Shown: positions 8,121-17,420 of the stretch, piece after piece
Layout: the number at the start of each line of letters is the position of its first letter
Numbering within the stretch: the stretch's first letter is position 1
Assembly: GCA_030838025.1 (NCBI GenBank)
Contig: JAUTXM010000392.1
Location: 1 to 43,855 of the forward strand
Source: Acidimicrobiaceae bacterium
Lineage (GTDB): Bacteria; Actinomycetota; Acidimicrobiia; Acidimicrobiales; Palsa-688
Direction: 5' to 3'
DNA length: 43,855 nt
The notes under the pieces: model-generated
Database searches by the model: none
Told to the model about the DNA's origin: nothing
What the model saw: only the letters and a program-made list of their open reading frames with translations
Made by a program: the position numbers and the translations under genes

Positions 8121-9634
8121 GCCGACGGCCTCGGTGTGTGAAAGACCGATATCCGATACCCGAGGCGTCGCCGCACGATCATCCTGAGCCACACGTTCTT
8201 GATGATCACGCCGACGGAGTTGGCCGCCGCCGCCCCGACCATTCCGAGAGCGGGGATCAGTGTCAGGTAACCGGCCAGGGTGATTCCGGCACACACCGCG
8301 GTGACCACCGTGATCTTTCGATGGTGACCGGTCAGATTCAACAACAACCCGACCGGCCCGGCGCTGACGCTGCCGAGCTGTCCGAGCGAATAGACGACGA
8401 GTGCGCTCCAGCCGGCGATGAACGGGTGACCGAAGAGAGACAGGACGGTACGCCCGAACAGAGCCAGCCCGATCGTGATGGCCAACGAAGGGAAGAAGAT
8501 CCAGCGCACCGCCCGGGCGACGGTCCATTGCAACTCATCGCGGCGATTGCCGTAGTGGAAAGCCGAGATCCGCGGGGCCACCGTGGAGTTCATGGCGAAC
8601 TGCAACGACGACGAGAGCCCCGCGGTGCGAAATGCCACGGCATAGATGCCTGCCGACCGGGCCCCAAGGAAGACGCCGACCATCACCACGTCCAGCCGCT
8701 GGCTCACCAACTGCAAGGTGTTCGTCAACAGCATCGGCAACGAGACCCGAGCCCACTTCCTCGGTGCATAGATCCGGGGATCCCGGGGGATCCGTTTCCG
8801 GGCGATGCGCCAGACGATCCCAGTCTGGATGAGAACCACGACCGCGGTTGCCACGGCCGTGAGCCATGACGCCTGCTCGGCCGTCAGCTGGCCATAGCCG
8901 ACAAAGCCGATGCCGACCGCGGCGGTGACGAGTATTGGTTGGAGCAGCATCGGCGGTCCGAAGGCCCCGACGATGTTGTGAAACCCACGAGTGACGGCGG
9001 TCTGGACGTCGGACAAGATGAGCAACGGAATCGTCGCCATCGCGATCGCCGAGGTTGCGAACGAGACCACGCCGCTCCCGGCCACGGCGATGACGGCGAT
9101 GCTCACTCCGGCCACGACCGTTCCGACGACCAGTGGGACCAGCTGCAGGGACCGCACGACGCCGCGGAGCAGCCCGTAGCGCTCCTCGGTTTCGTACTGA
9201 GGGACGAAGCGCAGCCCGCTCGAGGTACCGCCCAGATCGCAGGGGTTGGCGATGAGCTGCGCCAAGTTGAGCGCATAGGCGTACGCCCCGAAGGCCGTGG
9301 CGCCCATCCACCGGGCTGCCAGCGCCAAGCCGAAGTACCGCGCCCCCACGCCGGCGGTCTGGATCGTGAAGGCCGTTCCCGCCTGGCGCGACAGCGAATG
9401 CCGCCCGACACCGACGAGGTTCGACGGCGCGGGCGCGGGGCCGCTGCCGTTGGACCCGACCGCCGGCCGTTGGGACTCGACAGCCGGTACTTCAGCGGGT
9501 ACGTCAGCGGGGCTGCTGGCGTGGGCGCCGGGTCTCGGCCGGGATGCGTAATGCGCTCCCGCGGGACGACGGATCAACCACCGCTCCGGCCCGCAGCCGC
9601 GACCGTTGCAGTGCGGACGCCGCCCAGGGCACAT
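8117..9634 (-). CDS. Wzx-like polysaccharide flippase (MOP/polysaccharide biosynthesis protein family)
   Basis: Multi-pass membrane protein with about 12 or more hydrophobic segments, in the pattern ...FGAYAYALNLAQL..., ...ARSAGIYAVAFR... The first ~70 listed residues are Pro/Arg-rich, so the true start is probably internal and is unresolved. Confidence 0.75.
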   Translation of the reverse strand: MCPGRRPHCNGRGCGPERWLIRRPAGAHYASRPRPGAHASSPADVPAEVPAVESQRPAVGSNGSGPAPAPSNLVGVGRHSLSRQAGTAFTIQTAGVGARYFGLALAARWMGATAFGAYAYALNLAQLIANPCDLGGTSSGLRFVPQYETEERYGLLRGVVRSLQLVPLVVGTVVAGVSIAVIAVAGSGVVSFATSAIAMATIPLLILSDVQTAVTRGFHNIVGAFGPPMLLQPILVTAAVGIGFVGYGQLTAEQASWLTAVATAVVVLIQTGIVWRIARKRIPRDPRIYAPRKWARVSLPMLLTNTLQLVSQRLDVVMVGVFLGARSAGIYAVAFRTAGLSSSLQFAMNSTVAPRISAFHYGNRRDELQWTVARAVRWIFFPSLAITIGLALFGRTVLSLFGHPFIAGWSALVVYSLGQLGSVSAGPVGLLLNLTGHHRKITVVTAVCAGITLAGYLTLIPALGMVGAAAANSVGVIIKNVWLRMIVRRRLGYRISVFHTPRPSA

Positions 9635-9713
9635 GTCGCCATTGGGCTCACGGTAGTCAACCCGATCTAGCCTGCCAACGACCGCTCAAGGCCCGTCGAC
9701 TAAGATACGCGGG

Positions 9714-10988
9714 ATGACGGAGCCGGTCCCCGACGGTAGCCGTCGGGTCTTTGGGTTGGTGGCGGGCCACCCCGAACCACTCACTGTGCGGCTCTCATTT
9801 TGGGCCTTGGTCATCTTCGCCGCGACGGTGCCCCTCGAGGGAATCCAGCATCTCGGCCCCCTCGGGTCTGCTCCCCGGGCGGCCGGACTTCTGTCTTCCG
9901 CCCTCATCGTTGTCGCCCTGATCGCGGCATTGCCACCCCGGCGCATGGAACGCACCTTTTTCTTCCTCGGTGCCTTCGTGGTCTGGGTCGTGCTCTCCAA
10001 TCTGTGGACGACCGTTCCCTCGAACACGTTGAGCCGGACGTTCACGTATCTCCAACTGCTCGGCATGGCATGGATCATGTGGCAGCAGCTTGGAACGACG
10101 GAGAAGTGCCGGTGGCTCATGCGCGGCTATGTCGCGGGCGCGGGTCTCGGTTGCCTCTATACCGTCATCACCCGAAAGCCGCACACCCACGGGGTCGCCC
10201 GCTTCGCCGTAGGCGATCCCAACAGCTTCGGCGTGTACGTCGTGATCGGCATTGTGATGGCGTACCACCTGTTCCTTGCCGCGAGAGACCGCAGGGCCAG
10301 GTTGATGTACGTCGCATTCATGCTGCTCGGGGTATTGGCGGTGTTTCTGACCGTCTCTCGGACCGCGGTCATCGTGCTCGGCGTGGCCGGCGTGATCACC
10401 ATCATCGATCGCCGTACGCTCACCCCCCTTCGGGTGGCCGGGCTGGTGTCTGTGGTGCTGGTGGCCATCGTGGTGGTCATCAAGACCGTGACCACCCGAC
10501 AGTTGGGTCGCATCGGCACCATCCAGACGGCGGCCCAGACAGGACTCGACCAGCGAACGACGTACTGGCGGCTTGCCTTCAATACCTTCTCCCAACACCC
10601 GTTACTGGGGGTGGGCGCCAACGCCTTCCGGGACCAGGCGGTCCTCATCACCGGGATCTCCCGGGTAGCGCACAACTCCTTTCTCGGAGTGCTGGCCGAC
10701 ATGGGGATCGTCGGGCTGGCGCTGTTCATGTTGGCGCTCGCTTCGGCATGGGTGCAGCTGCCCCAGGTGCTGCCCCGACGCCTGCGCCAGACGTGGTTGG
10801 CGATCGGCGTGGCGTGGCTACTGGGCGCCAACACCTTGACGTGGGAGCACCTCAAGGTCACCTGGTTCCTGGCCTTCCTCCTCGTCGCGGAGGTGGCAGC
10901 GTGTCGCACCAGGAACTCCTCGGACGTCCCGGCGCCGCCCGTGTCCGAGCCGGCCGCGAAGACACCGATCGAGGTTGCCTCAGCGTGA
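9714..10988 (+). CDS. O-antigen ligase / Wzy-like polymerase family membrane protein
   Basis: About 10 or more TM segments. The large loop has the VSRTAVIVLG ... AHNSFLGVLADMGIVGLALFML signature typical of the Wzy_C/O-antigen-ligase family. Confidence 0.8.
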   Translation: MTEPVPDGSRRVFGLVAGHPEPLTVRLSFWALVIFAATVPLEGIQHLGPLGSAPRAAGLLSSALIVVALIAALPPRRMERTFFFLGAFVVWVVLSNLWTTVPSNTLSRTFTYLQLLGMAWIMWQQLGTTEKCRWLMRGYVAGAGLGCLYTVITRKPHTHGVARFAVGDPNSFGVYVVIGIVMAYHLFLAARDRRARLMYVAFMLLGVLAVFLTVSRTAVIVLGVAGVITIIDRRTLTPLRVAGLVSVVLVAIVVVIKTVTTRQLGRIGTIQTAAQTGLDQRTTYWRLAFNTFSQHPLLGVGANAFRDQAVLITGISRVAHNSFLGVLADMGIVGLALFMLALASAWVQLPQVLPRRLRQTWLAIGVAWLLGANTLTWEHLKVTWFLAFLLVAEVAACRTRNSSDVPAPPVSEPAAKTPIEVASA

Positions 10989-11010
10989 CCGAAGCGCCCA
11001 CGTTGGGTGC

Positions 11011-12453
11011 CTACTGGCAGGTCGGAACTTGTCGAGTCGCACCGATCATGATCGGATTGGCCGGCGACGGGAACGGGCCTTGGCAGGACAGATTGCTGAA
11101 GACCACGTCCCACGTCGCCTTGGCGTCCCGAGCGAAACTCTGTACCGACGCCCCGATCTTCCATGCGCCCGCCGATCCTCCGAGCTGTACTGGATCTTGG
11201 GCCTGGAGGCCCCCAACCACGGCAACCGAGTTCATCGTGCTGTCCCAGAACCCGCCCCGCGCGGCCGCCCCCAAGCTCTCGTCGGCCGATTCGATCACCC
11301 CTTGGTGGCAGCTTCGGGCGACCACCTGAGTCACATGGACGTCGTAGTTCTTCTGCCCGTGAGGTGCAAATGACACGGCGCGGTTGCAGTTGACTCCCAT
11401 GATCGTGTCGGCCGTAAGTCCCCGGACCTCGCCGCCAAAGCTCTTCTTCTTGGTGGCGTCGGTCTCGAGCCGCAATGCCGTACCACCGCTGGAGTAAACC
11501 TGGGAGACCCGAATGTTGTGGCCACTCGTGATCTGGTTGGGTCCATAGCCGTACGAACCATTGATGTTGTACTGGTGGAGGATGCTGCCATTGTGGGGGT
11601 CGGCAAAAGGTCCGTTCGGAGGCGAGTCGTTGCGCGGTCGAAGAAGAATGGCCGCCTTGTCGGTTGTCGGCCAAGGGTAGGATCCCCCACTGGCCTTGAC
11701 CGCGGCCGGATCGGGCAAGGTCGCGTTCTGGATCGAAAAGACATTCTGAATGAGGAAGCCGTCGACATAGAGGAGCTGAATCGCCCCGATCTTTTGGTTG
11801 GCGTTCGTGGTCTTCGGATCGAGGTTCAGGGTGAAGGAATTGTCGATGTTCCATCCGGGCTCGACGGGGCTGGCCAGGTCCTTGACCCCGCCAGTGTGCG
11901 TGCCCACCCCCACGACGGACACGTTTCGCAACGGCGCCGTGGCGCTCGTTCCATCCCAGATGATCAAGAAGGGCGCGTCCGACTTGTTGCGGGCCGCCTC
12001 AATGCCGCCCGCTTGTTCGAGCACTGCGCCCGCGTCGACCTCGAGGCGGACGTCGCTCTTGAAGGTCAGACGGTAAAGCCGGTAGGTGCCCGGCGGAACA
12101 TACACGACCGCCTGCGGTTGCCCCGAGGGACCGGCCGCGAAGCGGTGCGAGCCGGCCAGCGCCGAGTCCATGGCGGCCGCGAATGCCGCCGTGTCATCGC
12201 CCGTGCCGTCGCCGACGGCACCCGTCGACCGCACGCTGGTCGCCACCGCGTCCGGCGTGATCGTTGTGCCCATGGCGTCCAGCTTCGCCGGAGCGGGTTG
12301 AGGTCGGATCGATCCGCCTGGAGGCGGGGTGGTGGTGGCCGGTGGGGCGCTCTGATGCCGTCCTCCGCCGCCTCTCGTCGCGACCAGGGCGATCACAATG
12401 ACGGCCGTGATTGCTGCGATAGCCGCGAGGGTCCAGCGGGGAACTCTGCCCAT
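11011..12453 (-). CDS. membrane-anchored/secreted beta-helix protein (pectate-lyase superfamily), paralog 2
   Basis: Internal ATG 12453 gives MGRVPRWTLAAIAAITAVIVIALVAT (anchor/signal) followed by a Pro-rich linker. SVRSTGAVGDGTGDDTAAF motif. Colinear with paralogs 1 and 3. The listed start 12702 would overlap the divergent gene. Confidence 0.8.
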   Translation of the reverse strand: MGRVPRWTLAAIAAITAVIVIALVATRGGGGRHQSAPPATTTPPPGGSIRPQPAPAKLDAMGTTITPDAVATSVRSTGAVGDGTGDDTAAFAAAMDSALAGSHRFAAGPSGQPQAVVYVPPGTYRLYRLTFKSDVRLEVDAGAVLEQAGGIEAARNKSDAPFLIIWDGTSATAPLRNVSVVGVGTHTGGVKDLASPVEPGWNIDNSFTLNLDPKTTNANQKIGAIQLLYVDGFLIQNVFSIQNATLPDPAAVKASGGSYPWPTTDKAAILLRPRNDSPPNGPFADPHNGSILHQYNINGSYGYGPNQITSGHNIRVSQVYSSGGTALRLETDATKKKSFGGEVRGLTADTIMGVNCNRAVSFAPHGQKNYDVHVTQVVARSCHQGVIESADESLGAAARGGFWDSTMNSVAVVGGLQAQDPVQLGGSAGAWKIGASVQSFARDAKATWDVVFSNLSCQGPFPSPANPIMIGATRQVPTCQ

Positions 12454-12558
12454 GGAGCAATGTTTACTTGCGATTGTGATCGTTCTGTTATCGCCTAACG
12501 CCTGGCCTCCGACGGCCTGACCTCCAGTCTGACCCAGCGGCTGGCCTACGCTCGGAGG

Positions 12559-13548
12559 ATGCCACGCCCCGCGGTCGTATACATCGGGGGCAACGGCCGC
12601 AGCGGAAGTACCATCCTGGCCCAGCTGGTGGGTCGGCATGCGGGATTCGCGGCGGTGGGCGAACTGCGCTACGCCCTTGAACGCGGTGTGCTCGCGAATC
12701 ACCTCTGCGGGTGTGGAACGCCGTTCCGGGAGTGCGCGTTCTGGACCGAAGTTTTCACCCGATTGCTCGGAGGATTCGACACGGCCCAGTGCGAAGAACT
12801 CTTGGCGGGAAGCCGCCGGCTCGACCGCATCCGTTATGCCGCCCTACTGGTGGCGCCACCTGGAGCTCGGCCCCCCGGTTTCCGAAAGCGTCTGGATCAG
12901 CATGCCGAGTTCTTGCTTCGGCTGTACACAACCATCGCCGAGGTAACGGGTGCCGAAGCCGTAGTCGACTCTTCGAAGGATCCTTCCTACGCGTTTCTCC
13001 TACGAAGTGTGGCCGGCCTGGACGTATCCGTCGTGCATTTGGTGCGAGACAGTCGGGCGGTCGCCTATTCATGGACTCGAGCCAAGGTCCGGCCAGAGAT
13101 CCACTGGCAGGTCGAATATATGAGACGGAGGAGTCCGCTTCGCTCAGCCCTTGTCTGGACTGGGTGCAACCTTCTCTTCGAGGCGATAAGACACCAGCAT
13201 GACCCATACTTGCGGGTCAAATACGAGGATTTTACGTCCGAGCCGGCCCGACATGTTGCCGAGATCGTCGAGTGGGCCGGTGGATCTTCCAGCCCCGGTA
13301 TGGCGGATAGCGAGACCCCCTTTCGGCATGATATCTCCGGAAATCCAATCCGGTTTGCGACCGAGATCCCAGTTGTGAAGTTGGACGAGGAATGGAAGAA
13401 GCGGATGCCCAATGGTCAGCGCCGGCTGGTGACGCTTGTCACCGCCCCCCTCCTCGTTAGGTACCGCTACTCGCTCAACACCCGCGTCGGCGCTCGGCGA
13501 GGCGGCAAGTCGCGGATCCGAGGTATTTATCGGTTCCTTTTCAAATAA
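12559..13548 (+). CDS. sulfotransferase family protein (Sulfotransfer_3-like) with Cys motif
   Basis: N-terminal loop YIGGNGRSGSTIL (5'-PSB-like), VRDSRAVAYS (3'-PB-like), and CGCGTPFRECAFW. Confidence 0.8.
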   Translation: MPRPAVVYIGGNGRSGSTILAQLVGRHAGFAAVGELRYALERGVLANHLCGCGTPFRECAFWTEVFTRLLGGFDTAQCEELLAGSRRLDRIRYAALLVAPPGARPPGFRKRLDQHAEFLLRLYTTIAEVTGAEAVVDSSKDPSYAFLLRSVAGLDVSVVHLVRDSRAVAYSWTRAKVRPEIHWQVEYMRRRSPLRSALVWTGCNLLFEAIRHQHDPYLRVKYEDFTSEPARHVAEIVEWAGGSSSPGMADSETPFRHDISGNPIRFATEIPVVKLDEEWKKRMPNGQRRLVTLVTAPLLVRYRYSLNTRVGARRGGKSRIRGIYRFLFK

Positions 13549-14411
13549 CCATGACGTACCAGCCACGGCGCAGTCAGGGTGCCGATCAGTCCTCGCTCGA
13601 ACCGGCTGAGCTCATTTTTCCAGCTCATGTCCTCGATCAGCATCGTCGTGAGCGCAGGATTCGGTCCGCGCGGCGTGTGGACGGCCGGAAGCTGGAACGG
13701 GCCTGAGGCCAACTCCACCTGCGGTAGGCCCAGCAGGCGACAGACCCCAGCCATGGTGGCACTCGGGTCTGCGACGAAGTCCTCATAACGCACACGCAGC
13801 AGGTGCTCGGGATCGAACTGCTCGGATCGGGTGTGCCGCATGACCCAACTGGCCGCCAGCATGGTGGCGTCGAGGCTCCTCCTCGCGGGTGACGACGGCG
13901 ACCGTCGCCGCAGTTGGGATGCCACAACGCCTCGAGCGTCTCGCACGACGTGCACGTACGATGCCTCGACGCCCGTTACGTGGGCCAAGAAGGCGCCGTC
14001 TGCGGGAAGCTTCGAGTTGTCGATGACCACGTCGACCCCATATGCCTCGGCCAGACCGTGGTAGGTCGCAGCCATAGCTCCGGCGTACCCGGTGAACGAG
14101 AGGTGCCCATCGTGCGGTCTTCGCATCGCCCGACTGGTACGCCACGAGCCCTCGACTGGGACGACTTCTTCCTGCCACGCCGAGACGGATGCCGGGTCGA
14201 TTCCCGCGGCCCGGACGCGACGTAGGACAACCGACCAGACGGGGCAGTCGACGAGAAGTTCACCGCAGCCGCACGTCCGGTCGGGGCCGACGCCGAATTC
14301 CCAGAGGCGGCGTACCTCCCCGGCGTACACCGCCCCTGGGACGAGGCCCAAGACGCGGCCGACGATGGTCGTCCCGCCCCGTTGGGTTCCCAGGATATAC
14401 AGCACCTTCAC
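13527..14411 (-). CDS. sulfotransferase family protein (Sulfotransfer_3-like) with Cys motif, paralog of 12559..13548
   Basis: YILGTQRGGTTIV, VRDARGVVAS and CGCGELLVDCPVW. Its 3' end overlaps the convergent paralog by 22 bp. Confidence 0.8.
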   Translation of the reverse strand: MKVLYILGTQRGGTTIVGRVLGLVPGAVYAGEVRRLWEFGVGPDRTCGCGELLVDCPVWSVVLRRVRAAGIDPASVSAWQEEVVPVEGSWRTSRAMRRPHDGHLSFTGYAGAMAATYHGLAEAYGVDVVIDNSKLPADGAFLAHVTGVEASYVHVVRDARGVVASQLRRRSPSSPARRSLDATMLAASWVMRHTRSEQFDPEHLLRVRYEDFVADPSATMAGVCRLLGLPQVELASGPFQLPAVHTPRGPNPALTTMLIEDMSWKNELSRFERGLIGTLTAPWLVRHGYLKRNR

Positions 14412-14451
14412 GCGGGCTCACCGGCCCCATTGGGCCACCCGACGGGCGGGC

Positions 14452-15384
14452 TCAACGTGCTCGTTCGGCTCGTACCCACTCGGCGGTTGCCCGGAGGCCC
14501 TGTTCGAGCGGTGTGTCGAACCGGACGCCCAGCGACTCGGCCGCGGTTGCGTCTCCATGCCAATGAAGGGGATCACCGGGCCGGGCGGGACCGGGGAACA
14601 CGATTGGAATGTCGGTGCCCAAGGCGTCGACCACGGCCGACGCCAGTTCGGCGACTCCGACCGGACGTCCGGCCGCAAGATTGTAGACCTCACCTTCGGC
14701 CGGGGCGTACTGGGCCAGGTGGACGAACCCGCGCGCCGCATCAGCCACGTACACGAAGTCCCGGGTTGCCTCAGGGGAGCCGAGAACGGTCAACGGGTTT
14801 TCTCCGGACAGCGCCTTGGAGATGAGGTCGTACACGACCTGTTTGCGCTGACCGGGGCCATAGAGCGAGAACATGCGAATGGCAATCGCGCGCACCGAAT
14901 GGACACGGGAATAAAACGCGAGATAATGCTCGGCAGCCAGCTTGGAGACACCATACGGCGAAATGGGATTTAAGGGATGGTCCTCGTTCATTGGAAGGAG
15001 GACCGCCTCGCCGTATACCGCGGCTGATGACGCCAACACAACCAGCGGTGGGGGGGAACAGCGACGCGCCGCCTCGAACACCGAAATCGTAGTCGCCACG
15101 TTTTTCTGGAGGTCGGTGACAGGATCCTCCACCGACGGTGGGACGTAGGCCGCGGTGGCGAGGTGGAATACCACATCAATACTACGGGAGGACATCAACG
15201 AAGCAAGGTCCAATGTGCGGACGTCGGCGACGATCAGGTCAGCCGAGTCTTGGGGCGACGGGTGTCCACCTGACAGATCATCGACGACCGTTGTCGTGAG
15301 TCCCGCCTCATGGAGTTCCGCGACGAGCCAGGTTCCCAAGAACCCCGCTCCGCCGAGCACCAAGGCATGCTGAAGGTGGCGCAT
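14452..15384 (-). CDS. NAD-dependent epimerase/dehydratase (SDR)
   Basis: Internal ATG 15384 gives MRHLQHALVLGGAGFLGTWLV (GxxGxxG). ASSAAVYG and YGVSKLAAEHY (YxxxK) are present. The start shares one base with the upstream stop (TGATG). Confidence 0.85.
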   Translation of the reverse strand: MRHLQHALVLGGAGFLGTWLVAELHEAGLTTTVVDDLSGGHPSPQDSADLIVADVRTLDLASLMSSRSIDVVFHLATAAYVPPSVEDPVTDLQKNVATTISVFEAARRCSPPPLVVLASSAAVYGEAVLLPMNEDHPLNPISPYGVSKLAAEHYLAFYSRVHSVRAIAIRMFSLYGPGQRKQVVYDLISKALSGENPLTVLGSPEATRDFVYVADAARGFVHLAQYAPAEGEVYNLAAGRPVGVAELASAVVDALGTDIPIVFPGPARPGDPLHWHGDATAAESLGVRFDTPLEQGLRATAEWVRAERAR

Positions 15385-16493
15385 CAGGTGGTCCAGCCGT
15401 TTTCCACGAGTATTTTCCCGAAGGCGACGACAATGTGGTCCCAGTCGAGCTCTGGTGCCGCGGCCAGAGCATTGGCGGAGTAGTGGGACCACGAGCCCAG
15501 AACCTCGTCGACGGCAGTCGCCAGCGCCTCCACGGTCGGATCGGCAACGACGCCGATCCCGAATTGCTCAACAACGTTGCGCGTGCCATTGCCAGGATCG
15601 GAGGTCGTAACCACTGGCAATCCGGAGGCCATGGCCTCGGCGACGGCTAGAGGGAACCCCTCCCGTTGGCTGGGCAAGACGAGGACCGCGGCGTGGCCCA
15701 GCAGGGAGATCTTGGCCCGATCATCAATGTGACCGGTGATGTCCACGGCGGCGCCGTCCGTCGGAGGCAATTGCGAGCGAGCGGCATCGATCTCCGTTCG
15801 CGCCGGACCGTCGCCGGCGATCGTGAGCCGGCCCCGATACCCGCGGGCGCGGAGCACCCCAAAGGCGGCGACGAGGAGTGGTACCCGCTTGTGGGGAAAC
15901 AGGCGCCCCACATACAGGATCCCCTGCCTCTCACGCTCGGGCGCACTCAAGTAGTTGGAGATAGTGACACCACTCGAAAGGGAGAACACCGGGCGTCCCG
16001 ACGCCGACTCGATCTGCTCGGCCACGGCCGTACTGACTCCCATGTTCAACGCCGTCAGCCGGGGAAACCAACGCTCGAAGCGACCGTAGACCGGCCCGCC
16101 TCTGACCTCACACCAGTCGATCAGGCCTCGACGACGTGCTCGCCGAGGAGCGAAGAGCACATGGCTGAACGGCCATTGACCGAAGATGTGGAGGTCGAAC
16201 TCCCGGTGGCGCAGCGCCTGGCGGACGTCCCATCCGTAGCGCAAGATGGCGGCCACGTTTCGGGGCATGCCGGGTACGATCGATCGCCGGTAGTCAACGA
16301 TGATCGGCTGCCGGTGGACCCCGATGCCTCCTTCCAGCGCATAGGAGACCATGGCCCGCTGATGGCCGATGCAGTAGACGTCGACCTCGTGGCCCGCCTT
16401 CACGAGCGCCGCCGCCAGCTCGGCGAAGCGGGCTTCGACGCCACCCACGCTCGGCGGGTATAACTCGGTGAACATTCCAATTCGCATTGGCAC
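15384..16493 (-). CDS. glycosyltransferase family 4
   Basis: MRIGMFTELYPPSVGGVEARFAELA N-terminus and PSQREGFPLAVAEAMASGLPVV C-terminal GT4 motif. Confidence 0.85.
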   Translation of the reverse strand: MPMRIGMFTELYPPSVGGVEARFAELAAALVKAGHEVDVYCIGHQRAMVSYALEGGIGVHRQPIIVDYRRSIVPGMPRNVAAILRYGWDVRQALRHREFDLHIFGQWPFSHVLFAPRRARRRGLIDWCEVRGGPVYGRFERWFPRLTALNMGVSTAVAEQIESASGRPVFSLSSGVTISNYLSAPERERQGILYVGRLFPHKRVPLLVAAFGVLRARGYRGRLTIAGDGPARTEIDAARSQLPPTDGAAVDITGHIDDRAKISLLGHAAVLVLPSQREGFPLAVAEAMASGLPVVTTSDPGNGTRNVVEQFGIGVVADPTVEALATAVDEVLGSWSHYSANALAAAPELDWDHIVVAFGKILVENGWTT

Positions 16494-17408
16494 TCAGGCG
16501 TCCGCCAGCCAGGTGGGTAACCGGTCATACCCGTTGATCGTCAACTCATCCCGTAGCTGCTTGTTTGCGTCGCGATACAGGTCGTCGAGCTGAAGACGGA
16601 TTTCAGTATCGAGCAGCTCACTGCGGGCGCCGGCTGAGTTAATGCGGTAGTAGATATCCGAGACGAGTTCCTTGCTCCTCGGGTACCGCTTTAAGCGCTC
16701 TCTGGCGCGGTTGCCATATGAGTTCGCGATCTGCTGCAGCTTTGCCGACCGGTGGTTGATCGTGGGGTTGCGCTCGGAGAAATCGAACCCCCCGGCGGGT
16801 TCGGCGTCCAAGTCGAGCCAGGAAAGGAGCTCGCTGACAACCGCGGCAGGGTCGGTCGTCAGATGCTCGAAGAACACAATTTTCGATCGGGATCCGACCG
16901 CCGAGATCCATTCGGGAAGGTAGTCGATATAGAACCCGGTGGAGAGAGTCCTGAACCGGCGGCCCTCTTCTTTAAGGTCTCCACCCGTCTTTCGAAGTTC
17001 GAGGCACCGGTCCAGGAATGTCTGCGCCGACATGTCTTTGTCCAGGAGAAGCTTGCTCTTCATGTACGTGAAGTCGGACCAGAACCGGTCAACAGGATTG
17101 CGGAGGCTGACGACGTAGCGCGGCCGGCCGAGCAACGCTTCGGTGGCCTCGAACAACCGCGGGCCGCCGTACCAGTAGTTCGGGCTCGCTTCGAGCACAT
17201 ACCGTTCGTCGCGGCAGTGGCGGAAGTACCGTTCGTAGGTCGAGATCGGCTCCAGGTGGGCGTCGGGGTAGACGAGGCGCGAGAAGTACTCGGTCTCCTT
17301 CAGCGTGGATCCGCAGATCTGCGGATGCTGCGTCAAGTAGGAGAAGAGCGAGGTTGTTCCGGCCTTGGTCACTCCAATGATCAACAAATTCGGGAGTCGG
17401 ATGCTCAT
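16494..17408 (-). CDS. PAPS-dependent sulfotransferase (Sulfotransfer_1 type)
   Basis: PNLLIIGVTKAGTTSL (5'-PSB) and LRNPVDRFWSDF (3'-PB). The gene abuts the downstream GT4 start with no gap. Confidence 0.9.
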   Translation of the reverse strand: MSIRLPNLLIIGVTKAGTTSLFSYLTQHPQICGSTLKETEYFSRLVYPDAHLEPISTYERYFRHCRDERYVLEASPNYWYGGPRLFEATEALLGRPRYVVSLRNPVDRFWSDFTYMKSKLLLDKDMSAQTFLDRCLELRKTGGDLKEEGRRFRTLSTGFYIDYLPEWISAVGSRSKIVFFEHLTTDPAAVVSELLSWLDLDAEPAGGFDFSERNPTINHRSAKLQQIANSYGNRARERLKRYPRSKELVSDIYYRINSAGARSELLDTEIRLQLDDLYRDANKQLRDELTINGYDRLPTWLADA

Positions 17409-17420
17409 CTGATGAGGGCG

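Noticed and set aside
7038-8528. Full 496-aa reading of the GT4 ORF, and similarly the full-length readings of 5545..7041, 11011..12702 and 14452..15492
   Set aside because: The N-terminal extensions are Arg-rich or overlap the neighbouring gene. Internal starts give canonical N-termini: MKVAMVLPSL for the GT4, signal peptides for the beta-helix genes, and a GxxGxxG Rossmann start for the epimerase.
9795-11854. Long ORFs 9800..11329 (+), 9795..10598 (-) and 10157..11854 (-) overlapping the Wzy-like and beta-helix genes
   Set aside because: They have Arg/His/Gly-rich composition and no TM pattern or motifs. They cross the boundary between two independently supported genes.
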